In this document: in pieces, positions 58,458 through 64,000 of the stretch
Layout: the number at the start of each line of letters is the position of its first letter
Position numbering within the stretch: the stretch's first letter is position 1
Source of the DNA: Rhizodiscina lignyota
Lineage: Eukaryota
DNA: 64,000 nucleotides
NCBI GenBank assembly: GCA_010015805.1
Contig: ML978127.1
Location: 1-64,000, forward strand
Reading direction: 5' to 3'
Notes under the pieces: model-generated
The model's database searches: none
What the model was told of the DNA's origin: nothing
The model's input: only the letters and a program-made list of their open reading frames with translations
Position numbers and translations under genes: made by a program

Positions 58458-60167
58458 TCAGCGCTCGCTCACGCGGTCCCACCATTCTTTCCAATTCACA
58501 CTCTTTCTTTCATGTCTTGCATCTTCTGCGGCCCAAACCATAGCATGACTCCTTACGACTTCCTCCAGCGAACACCCCAAATATTCTCGCTGGGCTTCGC
58601 TCACATTCTCTCTCCCACTCTTGACCGCATCAATCGCAAGGAGATATTGCTGCACGATACCTTGGTCGCCGCCTCCATGGCCCCCGCCCATCTGTTTCGG
58701 ATGATACGTATCAGTTGTGCCTTTAGCAAAGTCGTGAACGGTGATCGTCTTGCTATCGTATGAGATCTCGCCACCGGTGCCATAAATGCGGCCACGGCGT
58801 TCACATTGAGCGAGCGAGTGAGCAATCATATGGAATGTTGCTGTCTTTGCAACTCTGCCTTTCAGCGTGTCAGAGTTGCCATTGCCGTTGGTAAGCGGTG
58901 ATATGGGATCGTCCTGCCATTCGATGGTAACAATCTGGTCGTCAGCAACATCGTTGTCACACTCCCACACGCAGCGTCCAAACCATGGACGTTTCTGTAC
59001 CTCCTCTCGCGACGTGGAGGCATCGTAATCTTCTGCTAGAGTCTCGAGAAGTCTCGTTTCAGCAGCGGCCTTTCCATGCGCACGGTAAATGTCCTCGATA
59101 TCCGAGGCAACGATCTTAACGGGCCATCCTGTATCCCCGTTCTGTAGATGTCGCTCCAGATAGATCTTCTTGGCGCTGTACATGCACTCACTCTCAATGG
59201 GACAAGAGAGGCAATTCGTCGCATTGCCAGCTGCGTGCGGTTTCCTGCTCCTACGGAAATTCTTCAGCGAGCCCATGCTGCTAACGTAGCTTGGGAGATG
59301 CGGTGGATACCCGGCTGCAGCGCTCTTAGGCGGAGAGCATAGCAGCCAGAGCAAGAAATCAATGTCGTGGCACGATTTTGTGAGGAGCGATGGAGCAGTC
59401 GTCGCAGAGTTCCTCCAATTTCCTCGTACGTAGCTGTGGCTGAAATGCCACCAGCCGACTGGTTCAACGTGCTCCACTGACAGTATATCGCCAATAACGC
59501 GCCTTTCCACCGCCAGGTCGCGCAGGAGCATGTTGTGTGGAGAGTAGCGCAGCACATGGCAGATGCTGAACAATCCGCTTGGTCCACTGCTCTTGTGCAC
59601 ACCATTCGCGGCGCCATTAATTCCATTTGTATGCCCGTTCAACTGTGCCTGAGGAGCCCCGCCTACGGCCTTGTAAATCTCCATGACATCCTCGAGTGTG
59701 GTAGCAAGCGGTTTCTCGCAAAGCACATGCATCGCAGTGCCATTCTGCACCTTGTCCCCAATCAATCCCGCCTCGCCCAGCGCACGAATTACTTCTACAT
59801 GCATCTCATCTAGCACACATATCATCACGCCGTCTGCGCCATGCTCCTCCTCGTCTAGCACCTCTCCTGCCGTGACCCGTCTCCGGCGCTCTACCTCGTA
59901 GCTTATCCATTGCTTGTAGTCGTCAAACTCTTCCCACGCATGAGGAGGACGGTCAGCAGGCCCCCAGATATATGATTCGCCAATTTCTCTGCGCTTGTGC
60001 GGTATAGGGTCGATTATGGCGGCGATTGTTGCGTTGATGGGAGGGTCAGAGGAGGAGAGCGTATGGAGTGCGCGAGCATAGGAGTGGCCACGAGACCCAC
60101 CGCCAATGATGGCGATGCGTGGGACTGTGGAAGGGCTAGCCATGTCGCCAGCTGAGGGATTGCCCAT
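58458..60167 (-). CDS. Gfo/Idh/MocA-family NAD(P)-dependent oxidoreductase
   Basis: IAIIGGGSRG, HVLCEKPLA, CHVLRYSPHN, HFSHSYVRGNWR, LLTKSCHDID and GGHGGGD. Confidence 0.92.
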   Translation of the reverse strand: MGNPSAGDMASPSTVPRIAIIGGGSRGHSYARALHTLSSSDPPINATIAAIIDPIPHKRREIGESYIWGPADRPPHAWEEFDDYKQWISYEVERRRRVTAGEVLDEEEHGADGVMICVLDEMHVEVIRALGEAGLIGDKVQNGTAMHVLCEKPLATTLEDVMEIYKAVGGAPQAQLNGHTNGINGAANGVHKSSGPSGLFSICHVLRYSPHNMLLRDLAVERRVIGDILSVEHVEPVGWWHFSHSYVRGNWRNSATTAPSLLTKSCHDIDFLLWLLCSPPKSAAAGYPPHLPSYVSSMGSLKNFRRSRKPHAAGNATNCLSCPIESECMYSAKKIYLERHLQNGDTGWPVKIVASDIEDIYRAHGKAAAETRLLETLAEDYDASTSREEVQKRPWFGRCVWECDNDVADDQIVTIEWQDDPISPLTNGNGNSDTLKGRVAKTATFHMIAHSLAQCERRGRIYGTGGEISYDSKTITVHDFAKGTTDTYHPKQMGGGHGGGDQGIVQQYLLAIDAVKSGRENVSEAQREYLGCSLEEVVRSHAMVWAAEDARHERKSVNWKEWWDRVSER

Positions 60168-61077
60168 TTTTGTAGAGTGCTCTGCTGATGGGTCTGGAAT
60201 AGAGGAAGGCGTGAGGCCAATGATAGGTCAGTGATTTGTCAAGAGCCTTATTGGAATTTACGTTGCATTCACAATGCCAAAGTTGAAGTCGTTACATGGT
60301 TTTTCGGAACGAAGAAAGAGCTCTCTGTTTAAATTGAAATGGAATTGGAGTCTGCCTTGTGATGTTGCCTTGGACTACATATGTATGTCACAGTAGCATG
60401 GTGCTTCCGGTGAAGCTGGAGGTTCCACGAATCACACTTCGGCTCACCACCATGGCTTTCTCCGAGCGATCTGCATCCACTTCCTGCCTGATATGTATCT
60501 CCTCCACAACGCGTTCGTTCTCCTTCCTATCCCTCTTTGAGCTTCCGCTATCCGACTATCAAGGAATACAGCGAGCAGTACTACCACATTGGGAGTACTG
60601 CGATCTCTCTGTGGCCATAGCTGCCAACATTTCCCACGGATTACGGAGTAGACCCGGAAACTTTCCAACTAGATATACTCCCAGCTAGCTGGGATGGACA
60701 GCCATTGCTCTTCATGAGTCACCCTTGTGGCATGTCTGGAGGAGACTTCTGCGATATCTACAAGTCGAGGGCCGCAAGTGGTGTCTACAAATGATGCTCC
60801 AATTGGAGCAGCACGAGGATGGCGTAAACTCTATTGGAGAATTGCTCTAGAGATTCGCTTTCTCGCTTTCTTCGCGTCCCCCTAACCATAGAGGTGGTAG
60901 CTGGATATCAAGGGCATCAAGCTAAAATCTTTACGTGTCTTCACGCGTGCCAGCCACAAATGATTTGGCTGATGCCTTTTCATCCGACGATGGGCGGTAG
61001 CTACGCAGCCTGGCTTCAGTGCTCAGAAATTTCTCATCATATATTTATTTCGCTACTGTCAGATGATAACCCGTCCA

Positions 61078-63509
61078 TTACAACTGCTCACCAGCATTCA
61101 GTCCACCAGGGCGACCGTCAGTAACCTCAATATGAGCAACCTTATTTCCAAAGACCGGTGCATCCGTCAAGCGTTGGGGCAGCGTGATGGTATCGGAAAA
61201 TACCTTGATCTTGAGCGATGGAACCGAGTCGGTGGGAACATATGCACCCGTACCCTATGTCTGGTTAGCATCATTGTTTCGGGTCAAATTATCGGGCAAG
61301 AGAGCCTACATCAATAACGCGCCAGTGAAGGTTTCGGGTCAAAAATGGTACGACAGCCTCTGGGTCAAGGCTACTGACTTTCAAGTTGTAGGCGCTATCA
61401 CCAGATTGCCAGTACGTCAGTAATGCTTGCGTCAGTCCAACGGTGTCATAGTATTTCCTGCCCACGGCCTGCTGTTTAGCGCAGGTCGCACAGTGCCCAC
61501 CGTCGATGCGGTCCTGGGAGCTGGCGAAGATGGCACTGGAACCCACGAGGTTAAGCTCATGGAGCCAGTCGCTTCCTGCAACCTCGGGAGCAAAGTCTCC
61601 CAGGAAGAAGGCAATGATAAACGTGCCGTTGAGCGCAAATCTTTGGGTCCAAAGTCAGCCTCTGAGACGGAAAAGGAAGAAGACATTCGATCACTCACTT
61701 ATCGACACCAAACGAGGCGTTCCATCGCGTCTACTTGCCGTCCTTAACAAGATCGCCGAGGCCACCGAATCTGTCTTCGAACGAAGGGTTGTGGGTAGCA
61801 ACCATCCTATGCAAGACCGGTGCAGCCGCTCGCACCAGAGAGCTGGCCTCGATGGAACTAGTCGTTGTCGCCGCTGATGCGAGATACTGCTCGTCGGGGT
61901 TCCATTTCGTCGCATCGTCAACGACTGTGGGCTTCGGCAAAGCGGGGGCTTGCTCAGTGATCTGCCTCTTAAGGTGGTCGAGCAACGGCGTGTTCTTATT
62001 GCTGAAATCTCCTACCCAACCCACTTCAATATTCGCCCACTTCTGGAGAGAAGCCACGGGGTCGCTGGTCGCGCTGGCCTCCTTGGTCTCAGGGTAGTCG
62101 TATCCCAACTTGGTATGATCTCGGACATCGTTTGACGTCCACCAAACCGTTTCGTCGCCGTTGAACGCTTTGCGGAACGGTGCCAAAGGCGTGCCCGGAG
62201 TTTCGGGCTCATGTCTCGGCTCGACGTACGTCGATAAGGGAAAACCCAGACTATCCCACCACGCGACGTCGTCGCCCTTGGGGTTATTGATGCCTTGCCA
62301 GATGGCCAGAATGCGGTCGATATTGCTAAGAAGATGTCAGTCCTCATGACAAGACAGGAAGATTCGGAGTAACTTGCGCATGGTGAAGCCAAAAGACTGG
62401 ATCGAAGCTTTGGAGATTGTAAGCATTTTCTGGCGCTTTTTTGGGGGGGTCAGATTATCGACTTACCCAGCGACCTCCGGATAGGACATTTGGCCTGTAG
62501 CACGGTCTTCACTCGTCCCCGGTCCCATTCCCATGTAGCCATGAATGTTATCGTGGAAGCCCTCAAGGCTGTTCACATTATAAATCCCTTTCCTTCGGTC
62601 GTCGACTTCGAAATGGTTCGAAATGACCTTCCAGGGGTCTCCGCCAAAGAACAAATCGTACAGATACGCAGCATCCGAGCTCGACCGCTGCATGGTCGGG
62701 CCATACTGATTGTTGAAGGTGTCCTTAACGTACTCGTGGTCAGCCGTCCCCGTGGGTTTATTGTAGCCTCGGATGGTCTTGGTGGACAGCACTTTGATAT
62801 CTTTGGGCTGATAACCCTGGATCTGGTCCCAATGGAAGCCTCCCTTAGGGTCGTTAGGAAATTTGAACTGGTAGAGGGGATTGTTCATCGGTTCATAGTC
62901 CGTCTTTCCAGGACGACGAACGTGGATCGTTTTCGTCATGAGGATGACTGGGATCCCGTACGTGTACTGCTCTTGGTCGACCAGCTTCTCACGGGGCAGC
63001 AAAGGGTCAAAATACGGGATACGGAATTTTGGCAGAACGGTATGCTCCTGGCCTAACGCTTTAGCAACCTCCGCCGCGTGTAAGTACAAGGCTTGCTACA
63101 TCAATCCCGTTAGTGTTCTGGTTTCGGAATCCAAAGCAATTCATACCTCGAATTGTGCAAGATAAACGCGGTGCCACGTGGGAAATAGGACGGAACCATG
63201 GGCACAGTAGCCTGCCCCACGTTTATTCGGTGGCTCCCCTGTTGGCGTGTATGGGACATTTTCGACTCCGTCCCAGGCCCGGTACGGCTGACCGTGGATT
63301 CCTGAAATTTCATAGTAGGAGAATGGCTGGGACGAGATGTCATCCTTCATGAAAGCTTCAAGAGCCAGGAAGTACAAGTTGGCTAGGTCGGCATCCGCCA
63401 AGAAATCATCGATCTCCAGGCGTAGCGCTTGGCTGCCATCTGTTGGAATCACACCAACAGTCAAACCGTTGTCTTGGGCAGCCTGTAGTGCGACCGTGTC
63501 AACAGACAT
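61078..63509 (-). CDS. Fungal tyrosinase (type-3 di-copper) with C-terminal domain; 6 exons; in-frame TAG at 61731-61733
   Basis: CuA: GIHG, YCAHG and FPTWHR. CuB: LEGFHDNIH and FDPVFWLHHANIDR. Also LGYDY and C-domain KFALNGTF, CATC, LHWRV. Exons 63509-63147, 63095-62467, 62407-62378, 62325-61699, 61640-61310 and 61254-61078. Confidence 0.9.
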
Positions 63510-64000
63510 CGTGAGGCTCTTTCTTCAAATAACTGACAACGAGACTGGACGCTTGACCGAAAGTTTGTGAAGATTTGGAAGTATCCTGAAAGAAAAAGGA
63601 CCGTTGTATCGAAGGAGTCAAGGATGTCTTATATGCTGATATCTTTTCAGCTCCCTCCTGCAGGAATTGCTCTTGTCCGATATCACATGTTCGGTGAACC
63701 GACACCTCCCTCAGGTTTTCCCACGACGTGTCCATCTTTCGACCAAACACTGCACGTCATATCCTGGAACGATTGCACGGAAAGTTTTAGATGTGGCGAG
63801 ACTTCTGGTTCAAAGTGACGACTCTCCCTACATTTCAGCCCTTCGTGCCCCGCAAGAAGCCTCGTGACAGCCAGTGGAGATGGGCCTATGTAGAGGGACG
63901 AGAAACAGAGGTAGGGCTGAAGAATGTGATTTTCATCCGTTCCAATCGTCTCCAGACACTTACCGCCGCCGCCAGGTGGACACCAGAATTGTCGTCGCCC

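Noticed and set aside
1..64000. tRNA, rRNA, transposons, telomeric repeats, CRISPR arrays, PKS/NRPS core genes
   Set aside because: None recognised by eye: no cloverleaf or T-loop context, no transposase or RT motifs, no long direct or inverted repeats. tRNAscan-SE, Rfam and RepeatModeler would be needed to exclude them formally.

Overview
Gene-dense, intron-containing DNA from a filamentous ascomycete (Pezizomycotina; Dothideomycete-like by impression only). It has short GT-AG introns with CTAAC/CTGAC-type branch sites. I reconstructed 27 protein-coding loci by hand across introns. Housekeeping-type genes: PHD-finger chromatin protein, SFH5, VCX1/CAX antiporter, UBC6 and SAM50. Accessory genes: several alpha/beta hydrolases, a methyltransferase, a GFA protein, a hotdog thioesterase, a Zn2Cys6 factor, an MFS permease, an SDR, a Gfo/Idh/MocA oxidoreductase and a tyrosinase. 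I saw no tRNA, rRNA, transposon or CRISPR. Best candidates for novelty: (1) an intronless three-gene module at 46.4-52.6 kb (GT32 mannosyltransferase, AT3 membrane O-acyltransferase, and a type II membrane protein with Bmt/GH130-like motifs) that looks like an uncharacterised acylated-glycan pathway; (2) a head-to-head carboxyltransferase and biotin carboxylase-BCCP pair with a QMKM biotinylation motif, i.e. a two-subunit acyl-CoA carboxylase of unknown substrate; (3) a tyrosinase with an in-frame TAG at the start of its C-terminal domain, overlapping an alternative splice donor. All family calls come from motif recognition by eye; no database search was run.
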